From positions 44,871 to 108,870 of the forward strand of contig CAZOHJ010000001.1 in the NCBI GenBank assembly GCA_964579875.1: 64,000 bases of DNA, read 5' to 3'. Below the pieces are notes generated by a model that had not been told where the DNA came from, searched no databases, and was given only the letters and a program-made list of their open reading frames with translations. Positions 38,182 to 46,996 of this stretch are shown here, piece by piece (within the stretch, counting starts at the first letter, position 1; every line of letters begins with the position of its first letter). The position numbers were made by a program, and so were the translations under genes. This DNA comes from an uncultured Lachnospiraceae bacterium. GTDB lineage: Bacteria; Bacillota; Clostridia; UBA1381.

Positions 38182-38678
38182 TTTATTTCCTCCGTTTGCT
38201 TCACCCATTCCGGTTTACGCTGCGTCCTCAAATCCCGAAAGAAATTCTTTATCAGAATTGAGCACTCATCACCGAGAACACCACCCTCGGCAATAAGTGA
38301 ATAATTACATAAGTTCATATCAAGAAGGTTTATCCTTGAACCGGCACAGCCGGATTTACTGTCGGATGCCCCGTAATAGACATGCTCTATCCTCGAGTTA
38401 AGGATCGCGCCCGCGCACATAGGGCACGGCTCAAGAGTAACATACATCTCGCACCCCGGCAGCCGCCAGCCGCCCAGCTTTTTACACGCTCTCTCTATAG
38501 CGATAAGCTCCGCATGAAGAAGCGCATTCTTCTTTGTTTCGCGTTTATTGTATCCGCGAGATATTATTTCTCCGTCGCGCACCACTACAGCGCCTATAGG
38601 CATTTCACCGATTGCCGCGGCTTTTTTCGCCTGTCTCAGCGCCTCACGCATAAATTTATTATGATCTGTAGTCACCAT
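38178..38678 (-). CDS. tadA: tRNA adenosine(34) deaminase.
   Basis: HAELIAIERAC and PCPMCAGA zinc motifs. 166 aa. An alternative start at ATG 38651 would remove the 20-nt overlap with argJ. Confidence 0.9.
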   Translation of the reverse strand: MVTTDHNKFMREALRQAKKAAAIGEMPIGAVVVRDGEIISRGYNKRETKKNALLHAELIAIERACKKLGGWRLPGCEMYVTLEPCPMCAGAILNSRIEHVYYGASDSKSGCAGSRINLLDMNLCNYSLIAEGGVLGDECSILIKNFFRDLRTQRKPEWVKQTEEIK

Positions 38679-39894
38679 TGATCTTTACATAATCATATGT
38701 GAGGTCACAGCCCCACGCCTTAGCCTCCGCATTGCCGAGATTAAGATTTACATCAATAAATATCTCGTCCATGCCGAGAACAACCTTTGCAAAATCCTCC
38801 GAGAAAGGGATACCTGCTCCGCCGCGGCATACCGGAAGAACTCCCGCGTCTGAGCGGAAATCAACATCCACTTTAGCTATATCAAAATCGGCATCGGCAT
38901 AGCCAATTGCACAAAGTGCGCGTCCCCAGTTTGCGTCCTCGCCGAACATTGCGCATTTTAAAAGCGGTGAACAGATCACACTTTTTGCCACAGTAATCGC
39001 TGTATCCTGATCCGGCGCTGTCGAAACAGTGCATTCCAGGAGCTTTGTCGCGCCCTCGCCGTCCTTCGCGAGCATTTTTGTCAATTCACTCAAAACGGCA
39101 TACAGCGCGTTCCTGAACACATTGTAGTCCTCGTCCTCCTCTGTAATCTCCGCATTTCCCGCAAGACCGTTCGCCTGAATTACAAGCGTGTCATTTGTTG
39201 AAGTGTCACCGTCAACGCTGAGGCAGTTATATGTAACCTTTACGATTTCCGAAAGAGCCTTCTGCAGCAGTTCACAGGATATTGCGGCATCTGTTGTAAC
39301 AAAGTTCAGCGTTGTTGCCATATTCGGATGGATCATGCCGCTGCCCTTTGCCATACCGCCTATATGACACACCTTTCCGCCAAGCTCCGTTTCAAGGGCG
39401 TATTCCTTTTTAACGGTATCGGTTGTCATGATCGCTGTCGCGGCGCGCTCGTTTCCGTCATAAGAAAGACCCTTTACAAGCTCCGCTATACTATTCTCAA
39501 TCGGCTCTATCGGGAAGATCTGCCCTATAACGCCTGTGGAGGCAACAAGCACCGCTTCCGGGGCAAGTCCAAGCTGCTCAGCGGCAAGCTCACACATTTT
39601 CTCTGCCTTTTCAATGCCGTCGGCATTGCAGGTATTGGCGTTCTTTGAATTCATAATAACAGCGCGCGACTTGCCGCCTGTTTCCGCAATATGATTTTTC
39701 GTAACGATCACAGGAGCGCCCTTTACCTTGTTCTGAGTATATACGCCCGCCGTATTGCACGGCGCATCCGAAACCAACAGACCGAGATCGTTCTTTGCCC
39801 TATCAGGATTAAGCCCGCAGTTCAGCCCGTTAGCCTTAAAGCCCTTGGCGGCGCAGACGCCGCCATCTATAACCTTAAACATTTTTATGTCCAT
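38659..39894 (-). CDS. argJ: Bifunctional glutamate N-acetyltransferase/amino-acid acetyltransferase (ornithine acetyltransferase).
   Basis: 411 aa. GFKANGLNCGL, an autoprocessing site context HPNMATTLNFVTTDA, and a C-terminal CDLTYDYVKINGDYRS. Confidence 0.92.
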   Translation of the reverse strand: MDIKMFKVIDGGVCAAKGFKANGLNCGLNPDRAKNDLGLLVSDAPCNTAGVYTQNKVKGAPVIVTKNHIAETGGKSRAVIMNSKNANTCNADGIEKAEKMCELAAEQLGLAPEAVLVASTGVIGQIFPIEPIENSIAELVKGLSYDGNERAATAIMTTDTVKKEYALETELGGKVCHIGGMAKGSGMIHPNMATTLNFVTTDAAISCELLQKALSEIVKVTYNCLSVDGDTSTNDTLVIQANGLAGNAEITEEDEDYNVFRNALYAVLSELTKMLAKDGEGATKLLECTVSTAPDQDTAITVAKSVICSPLLKCAMFGEDANWGRALCAIGYADADFDIAKVDVDFRSDAGVLPVCRGGAGIPFSEDFAKVVLGMDEIFIDVNLNLGNAEAKAWGCDLTYDYVKINGDYRS

Positions 39895-39924
39895 TCCTCT
39901 CTGTATAATTGATTGTCATCTCTT

Positions 39925-39953
39925 ATTTTAATACAAACCTTCAATAATGTCAA
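39925..39953 (-). promoter_or_regulatory. Sigma-A type promoter for argJ.
   Basis: On the minus strand: TTGACA (39953-39948), 17 nt, then TAAAAT (39930-39925). Confidence 0.45.
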
Positions 39954-39963
39954 CAAAAAACTA

Positions 39964-39992
39964 TTGACTTTTTGAGTGAAAAGTATTAATAT
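39964..39992 (+). promoter_or_regulatory. Sigma-A type promoter for the zinc-ribbon membrane protein gene.
   Basis: TTGACT (39964-39969), 17 nt, then TAATAT (39987-39992). Confidence 0.45.
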
Positions 39993-40024
39993 ATGGTTAG
40001 AATTTGTGAAAGAAGTGATATAAG

Positions 40025-40720
40025 ATGAAATGTCCGCATTGCGGCGAAGAGCTTCCGGAAGGATTTATTTATATACCCCCGAAGCAGGAAGATGACATTA
40101 ATACACAGGAGATCCCTTCACAGAGCGCGGAGACGCCGGAGCAACAAGCGGGGACTGCGGCAGAAAGCGCGCCGCCTGCCGAGAATATACACGATCCCGC
40201 AGCTGAACCGGCATATCCGATTGCCGAATCAACCGTTCCGCCCGTGCTTACCCCTTTTACCGGGGAAACAAACGTAAAAAGTAAGTATAATTACAGGATC
40301 ATCGGCATAACCGCGGCAGTGATAGTAGTTATTGCCGGAGTTCTTACCGGCTTGCGTGTTCACGGCACCTCATCACTAAGAGAAAAAATGACCGGCACAT
40401 GGGCATCTGCCGGAAACATCATGACCACAGGCAAGCTCACTGTCACCGAGGATACTATTGCATACAGCGAAACCTTCGGATTTATGGAGATGAACGGTCA
40501 GACAGCGACTTACAAGGCGGTATCAAAGGATACTATTGAAATACAGGGTATAAATCACAAGGTAAGTTTTGATTCCTCAGGCAGCACAATGACGATCACT
40601 CCGGGGATTACGACAAACGGAGCGGAAGTGTGGTATTCAACATCTATGCAGAGCATCCCCGAACAGAATGATGAGCAGTATCAGGATAACAGCGGTGCTG
40701 TTTCTGACGGAGTGCTGTAA
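40025..40720 (+). CDS. Zinc-ribbon membrane protein of unknown function.
   Basis: MKCPHCGEELP zinc-ribbon start, a Pro/Ala/Glu-rich linker, one TM helix (IIGITAAVIVVIAGVLTGL), and an extracytoplasmic beta-rich domain of about 110 aa. Confidence 0.6.
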   Translation: MKCPHCGEELPEGFIYIPPKQEDDINTQEIPSQSAETPEQQAGTAAESAPPAENIHDPAAEPAYPIAESTVPPVLTPFTGETNVKSKYNYRIIGITAAVIVVIAGVLTGLRVHGTSSLREKMTGTWASAGNIMTTGKLTVTEDTIAYSETFGFMEMNGQTATYKAVSKDTIEIQGINHKVSFDSSGSTMTITPGITTNGAEVWYSTSMQSIPEQNDEQYQDNSGAVSDGVL

Positions 40721-40769
40721 GGATACTGCCATTCTAAAGCTGCAATAATACATATAAGGAGGAACATAT

Positions 40770-41888
40770 ATGAAATACAGAAAATTAGCCGGCGAGGACG
40801 TCTCGGTTCTCGGCTTCGGACTTATGCGCCTGCCGGTGATTGACGGAGACGCAGGGAAAATAGACAAGGAAAAAACCTATGAAATGATGAAATATGCCAT
40901 TGATAACGGCATCACTTATTTTGATACGGCATATGTTTATCATAATGAAAAGAGCGAGGTCATCGCGGGAGAAATACTCGAAGAGCACGGTCTGAGGGAT
41001 AAGATCAAAATTGCCACAAAGCTTCCGACATGGCACGTTAAATGCGAGGAAGACGTTACAAGAATGCTTGATGAACAGCTTGCAAGGCTGCGCACCGATC
41101 ATATAGACTTCTATCTCTGCCATGCGCTTGACAAGAACCGTTTTGACAATATCATAATGAAATACAATGTTCTTCCCCAGCTTGAAAAGGCAAAGGCGGA
41201 GGGCAAGATCAGACACATAGGCTTCTCCTTCCATGATGACTGTGAAACCTTCAAGCGTATCCTCGATTCATATGAAGGCTGGGAATTCTGCCAGATTCAG
41301 CTGAACTATATCAACACAGACTATCAGGCGGGTCTTGAGGGTCTTGAATACGCCGCGAAGGAAAAGGGCATCGGCGTTATAATTATGGAACCGCTTTACG
41401 GCGGCAAGCTTGCCGATCCGTCCGCGCAGATCATAAAGGAACTGCCGGCGGGCAAGACTCCGGTCGAAAGCGCTTTTGATTTTCTGTGGAACCGTCCTGA
41501 GGTGCGTATCACACTTTCAGGCATGGGCACTATGCAGCAGGTGCGGGACAATATCGAATACGCTTCCCGCGCCGAGGTCGGTATGATGAACAATGATGAC
41601 CTTGAAGCCCTAAAAAAAGCAAAGCATGTATTTGAAACCATGGCGCTTGTACCATGCACAAAATGCGCATACTGCATGCCGTGTCCGTTTGGCGTCGATA
41701 TTCCCGCTGTATACGAGGCATATAACAAGATCCCCGTGGCAGGTCTGGATAAGGCAAAGAAAATATATGCCGAAATTGACGGTAAAGCGGATAAATGCAA
41801 AAAATGCGGCGCATGTCAAAGAGTATGCCCCCAGAACATCATGACGCCTGTTCTTATGGCTCAGATTTCAGAAAAATTAGGCGAATAA
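40770..41888 (+). CDS. Aldo/keto reductase fused to a C-terminal 4Fe-4S ferredoxin-type domain.
   Basis: AKR N-terminal motifs (GFGLMRLP, YFDTAYVYHNEKSE, HIDFYLCHAL). C-terminal cysteine clusters are CTKCAYCMPCP and CKKCGACQRVCP. Confidence 0.85.
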   Translation: MKYRKLAGEDVSVLGFGLMRLPVIDGDAGKIDKEKTYEMMKYAIDNGITYFDTAYVYHNEKSEVIAGEILEEHGLRDKIKIATKLPTWHVKCEEDVTRMLDEQLARLRTDHIDFYLCHALDKNRFDNIIMKYNVLPQLEKAKAEGKIRHIGFSFHDDCETFKRILDSYEGWEFCQIQLNYINTDYQAGLEGLEYAAKEKGIGVIIMEPLYGGKLADPSAQIIKELPAGKTPVESAFDFLWNRPEVRITLSGMGTMQQVRDNIEYASRAEVGMMNNDDLEALKKAKHVFETMALVPCTKCAYCMPCPFGVDIPAVYEAYNKIPVAGLDKAKKIYAEIDGKADKCKKCGACQRVCPQNIMTPVLMAQISEKLGE

Positions 41889-41926
41889 AAATTTAACGTG
41901 TCTGTCTCTCGGCAGGCACGTTATTA

Positions 41927-42613
41927 TTATTCAAACCATTCATACAGTTTCATTTTCTCTCCATACCGCTGCGCCTCATATTTTATGCCGGGCAGCTTAA
42001 CATTTTCCCGTATTCCGTATTTAGGATTATATCCGAAAAGATTTATATATTTCACAACATCCTCATTGTCATGGCTCATTCTGTCGAACACCATAAGCAT
42101 TGCCTTTACATCATCAATCGCTCTGTGTGAATTTTCAACAATTCCGTCAAGCCCGTAAAAGGCTATCGCGTCCTCCAGCTTATGAGGATATTCCTTTCTG
42201 TCCCTGAGAATTGTAAGCGTATCTATAACATCTATTTTATCCCAAGGTATTCTTCTGCCCTCCTTCTGAAAGAGGTACTTTATAAAATTCATATCAAAAT
42301 TCGCGTTATGCGCAAGCAGAAGGATCCTTTGCTTATTGAACAGCTCCTCATCAATAAACCTCGCAAGCTGACTGCGCTCTATTCCCTCATTAGCCAGCAT
42401 TTCATCCGTTATATGAGTAAGCCTCACAATTTCTCCCGGCAGCCTGAAATGCACATTGACCAGAAAATCGTGGCATCTGGCTTTGCCGTTTCGTCTTATA
42501 TCCACACAAGCAAACTCAATAACCTCATCATCACGATAGTCAAATCCTGTTGTCTCCACATCAAAAAATATTATGCTGTCATAATTATCAAGAAAATATT
42601 TAAGTATCTGCAT
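41927..42613 (-). CDS. DEDDh 3'-5' exonuclease (DnaQ/PolC-exonuclease-like, stand-alone).
   Basis: Exo I is FFDVETTGF, Exo II is LLAHNANFDMNFI, and Exo III is HRAIDDV. 228 aa. Confidence 0.8.
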   Translation of the reverse strand: MQILKYFLDNYDSIIFFDVETTGFDYRDDEVIEFACVDIRRNGKARCHDFLVNVHFRLPGEIVRLTHITDEMLANEGIERSQLARFIDEELFNKQRILLLAHNANFDMNFIKYLFQKEGRRIPWDKIDVIDTLTILRDRKEYPHKLEDAIAFYGLDGIVENSHRAIDDVKAMLMVFDRMSHDNEDVVKYINLFGYNPKYGIRENVKLPGIKYEAQRYGEKMKLYEWFE

Positions 42614-42777
42614 CTGTTTTCTCCTGTTAAATTTCTTTCATTTCATCATTCCTTATATTATATTATTTAAATTATACCACACCACCCTCTCGATTGCAAC
42701 AAGCAATTTTCGATATTATTCAAGGGCGCCCAAAAAAAAACGCATACCTTTTACCTGTGGCACACGTTTTCTTAGTC

Positions 42778-43734
42778 CTATTCTCCGCCCAGAGAATACA
42801 GCAGCTCCATATTCTCCTGCTTTGTAAGCCTGTGGGTATTAATGACATATGCGGTATTATCAATGTGCATATAGAAGAAATACACCTCGTCAGGATTTGT
42901 ATCGTCAACCGGTATATCACTCACACTGCTGTTATTGACCTCAGGCGACTCAAGCACCTCATCCACATATGCGCTGTCATCGGAGGTTATTATATTGGCA
43001 TATCTTCCGTTATCTCCTGTATAATTATACAGTCTCATTACCTTTCCGTCACCGAGCTGATATGAAATACTGCCTTTATATTTCATATCATCACCAAGCC
43101 TTGCCCTATCCGTTATCTCCGTATATATATATTCCAGCCCTCCTGGTTCCTCACACCTGTCAAACACTCCCAATACAGCACTGATTACGGACATATCCGG
43201 CAGCTGATCCATTGAGCTTGCGATCCTGTACTCATATTCTTCCGGCTCCGGCGGCTCTGTTTCCCGTATCGCGGGAGGCTCTGTGTTCCGTATAGGATTT
43301 TCTGTTTGTATTTCATTTTCATATTTTATTGCAGGTGCGCTTTCCGGTTTATCCTCCAGCCCCTGCAAAGCCTGCTGCATATAATACTCCGTGGAATGTC
43401 TCTCCTCCTCCGCTTCCATAACCGGCACCGCCGTTGCCGGTAATTCCGATTTTTCAGGCAATAAAGTCCCGTCAGGCAGCTTCGCTGCCGAGGTCGGCTG
43501 TTCGGTTGTCGTTTCGGCAGCAATATCCGTATTATCCTCATAAGTTATGCTGTGTACCGCCGCAAACACAGCCACGGCCGCCGCCGCAAGTCCCGCGGCT
43601 GCAACGGGCAGTAATCTCCGTTTCTTTCTTGCCGTCTTAAAGCTCCTGTTAATAACATGCTCTTTTATTTCCTCATCGGCATGAATATTATCAAAGGCAG
43701 TTTTTACTCTGCGTTCTATATCATTATCCGTCAT
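42778..43734 (-). CDS. Putative membrane anti-sigma factor with an extracytoplasmic DUF4367-like domain.
   Basis: Its ATG overlaps the sigma gene stop (ATGA). It has a short cytoplasmic N-terminus, one TM helix (LLPVAAAGLAAAAVAVFAAV), a Pro/Glu-rich spacer, and a C-terminal beta domain ending ...AYVINTHRLTKQENMELLYSLGGE. That ending resembles the DUF4367 pattern seen in Firmicutes anti-sigma factors. It has no HxxxCxxC zinc motif. Confidence 0.6.
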   Translation of the reverse strand: MTDNDIERRVKTAFDNIHADEEIKEHVINRSFKTARKKRRLLPVAAAGLAAAAVAVFAAVHSITYEDNTDIAAETTTEQPTSAAKLPDGTLLPEKSELPATAVPVMEAEEERHSTEYYMQQALQGLEDKPESAPAIKYENEIQTENPIRNTEPPAIRETEPPEPEEYEYRIASSMDQLPDMSVISAVLGVFDRCEEPGGLEYIYTEITDRARLGDDMKYKGSISYQLGDGKVMRLYNYTGDNGRYANIITSDDSAYVDEVLESPEVNNSSVSDIPVDDTNPDEVYFFYMHIDNTAYVINTHRLTKQENMELLYSLGGE

Positions 43735-44201
43735 ACCGGCTCGCCTCCTTCTTCCAGATACCGCCGCAGGATTTCCCGTCCGCGGCTCAGCTGTGATTTT
43801 ACCGTGCCGTGCGGTCTTCCGGTTATTTTCGCTATTTCATGCGTTTTGTAGCCCTCATAATAGTACAGATACACCACTGTCCTGTACTTTTCAGGCATTC
43901 TCATGATCAGGAGGTAAATCTCATCCACGTCATCCTGCATAGGTATATTTTCGTCCAGAGTCTCATTTTTTCGGAACCACGAGGACAGCATCATATCCTT
44001 TGTGCAGTTTATCGTAACTCTCAGAAGCCATGCCTTAAGGTGTTCCTCTTCTCTGAACTCCTTTTTTGATTCAAGCAGCCTCAGAAACACCTCCTGCGTA
44101 ACGTCTCCGGCATTCTCCGGTGACTTTGTGCGAGCCAAAGCAAGCCTATAGACCATGTCTATATAGCGCTTTGCAATATCGTCATATGAATAGCGATACA
44201 T
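43731..44201 (-). CDS. ECF-type RNA polymerase sigma-70 family factor.
   Basis: Start chosen at MYRYSYDDIAKRYIDMVYRLA (ATG 44201), with AAGGAG 8 nt upstream. Region 2 is DVTQEVFLRLL...WLLRVTINCTKD. Region 4 is YRTVVYLYYYEGYKTHEIAKITGRPHGTVKSQLSRGR. Confidence 0.85.
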   Translation of the reverse strand: MYRYSYDDIAKRYIDMVYRLALARTKSPENAGDVTQEVFLRLLESKKEFREEEHLKAWLLRVTINCTKDMMLSSWFRKNETLDENIPMQDDVDEIYLLIMRMPEKYRTVVYLYYYEGYKTHEIAKITGRPHGTVKSQLSRGREILRRYLEEGGEPV

Positions 44202-44214
44202 CCCGCACACTCCT

Positions 44215-46878
44215 TTATTCCACCGTAAAATCACACTCATATCTGCTCGCCGGGCCGGTAAGCGTGAGTGTATAACTGCCGGCTTCAAGCTTCAAGGCGC
44301 TGCTGAAGCTGCCGTCTGCGCCTCTTATTGCAGACCTCAATGTTGCTTTGCCTGTCTCCTTGTTTTTAACGATTATCCGTACATCGGCTACAACAGCCCC
44401 ACTCCCATGATAATACCGTACCGCTGCAAGCGGCTTCATACTTTCAAGCGACTCCCAGAGCATTGTATCATATGTTTCAAAGCCGCAGTCGGATATGTCA
44501 ACAGTTGTGTCATTAACTCCGTCCGTATCCACATCATATATTTTGATACCTGTCAGTTTTTCGTTGTATGTATCATCAAGAACAATAAGCTTTGCGTTTT
44601 TAATAACCCTGCCTGTTGTGACTGTCACCGAATAATCTCCCCCGTATGAAAGCTGCGCCTCCTGCGAGGGCGTGGGGGTAGGCATCGTTCCCGCTATTGT
44701 TACGGACGCATATCCGCTGTCGTTTGCCGTGTACACTCTGCCTTCGTACGGCGCCTCAATGAGCGTCATAGTATCGGAAACGCTTATAGGCTCCATTGTC
44801 TGAACCTCGGCGGTCGGAGCCGGACTAAATGAGGGCGCGGCAGTCGGTATCCCGGTTTCTTCCGGCTCAACATATTCCGACGGCAGATTTGCCGTTCTTA
44901 CTGCTGTTTCACCGTTGTGCGCAGTCTTTACATACGCCCGGTATTTTCTCATGTCATATCCGCCGTTTGCGTTATCCACATAATAGCCAATATGCGGCGG
45001 CTGATTATAGCCGGCATTCTGACATGCTGTCTGCATTCTGTAAGCGCGGTCGTGCATAAGAGTATATAGCTTGTTTTTTGTTTCGATCGTTGTTGTATAT
45101 ATCACAAGACTGTCATCATCCGTCCCCCGCGCCACGAACTCCTCACGCCAGTCACCGAACAAATCAGCTATAAGACAGGCATTATTCTTTGTTCCGTTTA
45201 TTGTGAGACAATTTGTAACTGATTTCGATGTTCCGCCGCTGTTTTTTATTGTTATATTGCTGCCGGCATCCGATGCGCTTATTCCGTCAAACAGATCATC
45301 ATACATATCACCGTCCCAGAATATACGCTGATTTGTTGATGATGGGAAATAGCTGCCGCTTCTCACATCATAGCCTCCGTAGGAAACATAATTACCCGCT
45401 CCCCAAAGCTCAAAATATCCGTCAGTACTGCCGGTGTTCGCCATCATTCCGCGGCCCGTATCCTTTGCCGCTCCTTTATGAAAAAGTTCCTCGCCCGTCG
45501 CGGCATCATAGAGCGTCATGCCGCCGTCAATGTTCTTTCCGTTGTTTCCGGTTGTACTGCCTGTTATGATGTGTGAGGCGTCATAATCCTCATGCACGCT
45601 GAAATACTCCATACCTTCATGCGTCGGGTCATAGTCCGCAAGATGCAGCGCGTCGCCGTGTCCTCTGCCGCTGCACCATAAAACGGATAAATCATTATCA
45701 AGCGCCAGCGAACCGCAGAGTATTTCGTCACAGCCGTCATTATCCACATCACCAACAGCAAGATTATGGTTTCCGTTTCCCGCATAAATCCAGTTACCGC
45801 TTTCTGATGTATCAAAATCCGCTGTTCTTACAAGCCTCTTGTTTTCAAGGTTGTATGCCGCGGCTGTTGTTTTGGCATAATAGCCGCGCCACGCTATCAT
45901 TGACGGCTTCTGCCCGTCAAGATACGCCACAGCCGCAAGATACCGCTCCGAGCGGTTACCCCAGTTATCACCCCATTCTTCCACAGTTCCGCGCGGATGA
46001 GGATAGTATATTGTATCAAGCGCAGCCCCCGTATCACCCTGAAACACAGTGTAATACTCGTCACCCGACAGCACCCGTCCCCCTGTATCTCCGCCGTCTC
46101 CGGCATGGCGGTAATCCGCTGTATTATCTGTACTGCGTATCTCATCAATAAGAGAGGCATCGGATACATAATTGCCCTCTCCGTCTACCGTTCCGGGAGC
46201 GGTTTTCAGTGCCAGCTCCGCCCTTCCGTCCAAATCAAAATCATATGCTGCCATTGGCGTGAAATGCGCTCCGGCATTTATGTTGCAACCCATATCTATG
46301 CGCCACAGTCTCTTGCCGTCAAGCTTATAGCAGTCTATATATACATTCCCGTTATAGTCAGCTTCCTTGCCGCTGTCAAAGGAATTAGACGGCTCCCACT
46401 TAAGAATAAGCTCATATTCGCCGTCACCGTCCACATCGGCGGGAGTTATATCGTTAGGTGAATATGTATATTCTTCTCCGACAAGACTTGTCCCTCCGGC
46501 CGGACGGTCCAGATCAATTTTTAAATATGCCGAATCCCATGGCTTTACCGGCTTGCCTGATGATACGTCCGCGCCGGCGGGAACTACAGTATATTCCTCT
46601 CCCCAAAGAGCATCCTCATAATTTGTACTTTTGTTTACCGTAGCAATTTTCACTCCGTCACGATATACATCAAATGCGGTATCATAGTTCTCCGTTCCGA
46701 GCAGTCTCCATGAAATATATATACCTGACGACTGCGGCAATGCCACGGCGCCGCGGTCAAGATACTCCATTTCCGTCGCAGAACTGTCTGCATTTACGGC
46801 AGACGCATCGTATACGGCAGCCGGCACAGCCGATAATAAAACAGAAACTGCCGCCGCCATTCCAATCAATTTCTTCAC
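44215..46878 (-). CDS. Secreted rhamnogalacturonan lyase, PL11 (second paralogue).
   Basis: GTG start with AAGGAG RBS. Signal peptide MKKLIGMAAAVSVLLSAVPAAVYDASA. AFDVYRD, PADVDGDGEYELILKWEPSNSFDSG, DFDLDGRAEL and GDVDNDGCDEIL parallel the first PL11. A Pro/Thr linker and C-terminal beta modules follow. Confidence 0.9.
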   Translation of the reverse strand: MKKLIGMAAAVSVLLSAVPAAVYDASAVNADSSATEMEYLDRGAVALPQSSGIYISWRLLGTENYDTAFDVYRDGVKIATVNKSTNYEDALWGEEYTVVPAGADVSSGKPVKPWDSAYLKIDLDRPAGGTSLVGEEYTYSPNDITPADVDGDGEYELILKWEPSNSFDSGKEADYNGNVYIDCYKLDGKRLWRIDMGCNINAGAHFTPMAAYDFDLDGRAELALKTAPGTVDGEGNYVSDASLIDEIRSTDNTADYRHAGDGGDTGGRVLSGDEYYTVFQGDTGAALDTIYYPHPRGTVEEWGDNWGNRSERYLAAVAYLDGQKPSMIAWRGYYAKTTAAAYNLENKRLVRTADFDTSESGNWIYAGNGNHNLAVGDVDNDGCDEILCGSLALDNDLSVLWCSGRGHGDALHLADYDPTHEGMEYFSVHEDYDASHIITGSTTGNNGKNIDGGMTLYDAATGEELFHKGAAKDTGRGMMANTGSTDGYFELWGAGNYVSYGGYDVRSGSYFPSSTNQRIFWDGDMYDDLFDGISASDAGSNITIKNSGGTSKSVTNCLTINGTKNNACLIADLFGDWREEFVARGTDDDSLVIYTTTIETKNKLYTLMHDRAYRMQTACQNAGYNQPPHIGYYVDNANGGYDMRKYRAYVKTAHNGETAVRTANLPSEYVEPEETGIPTAAPSFSPAPTAEVQTMEPISVSDTMTLIEAPYEGRVYTANDSGYASVTIAGTMPTPTPSQEAQLSYGGDYSVTVTTGRVIKNAKLIVLDDTYNEKLTGIKIYDVDTDGVNDTTVDISDCGFETYDTMLWESLESMKPLAAVRYYHGSGAVVADVRIIVKNKETGKATLRSAIRGADGSFSSALKLEAGSYTLTLTGPASRYECDFTVE

Positions 46879-46934
46879 CTTTTTCTTCTCCTTTCCAAAA
46901 AAAGCGGGCTTAGTAAATCCCTTCTGTTAATAAC

Positions 46935-46960
46935 ACGATTCAAAAGCCCGTTTGGTTGCA
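46935..46960 (-). promoter_or_regulatory. Candidate ECF-type promoter upstream of the PL11-sigma-anti-sigma unit (speculative).
   Basis: On the minus strand: TGCAACC, then 17 nt between the AAC and CGT trinucleotides, then CGTGT. This resembles the generic ECF -35 (G)AAC / -10 CGT pattern. It lies about 55 nt upstream of the GTG start. A hairpin-like CGGGCTT...AAGCCCG plus T7 follows. Confidence 0.25.
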
Positions 46961-46996
46961 CCGGAGATAAAATTTCCCAAAAAAATTCGTGTACCG

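Noticed and set aside
42614-42777. Possible terminator or small RNA between the exonuclease and anti-sigma genes.
   Set aside because: The only stem before the T9 run (about 42741-42768 on the minus strand) needs three G-U pairs. This is too weak to annotate without energy calculations.
44972-45748. Two perfect DnaA-box 9-mers, TTATCCACA, at 44972-44980 and 45740-45748.
   Set aside because: Both lie inside the PL11-2 coding sequence, 770 nt apart. The one at 45740 is the reverse complement of codons for a DVDNDG calcium/FG-GAP motif. There is no intergenic cluster and no AT-rich unwinding element, so this is not an origin.
46879-46996. A sigma-A promoter for PL11-2.
   Set aside because: I could not find a convincing TTGACA-17-TATAAT pair in this interval. 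Only the weak ECF-like element is reported, at low confidence. Read-through from the EamA gene is limited by a hairpin plus T-run at 46979-47012.
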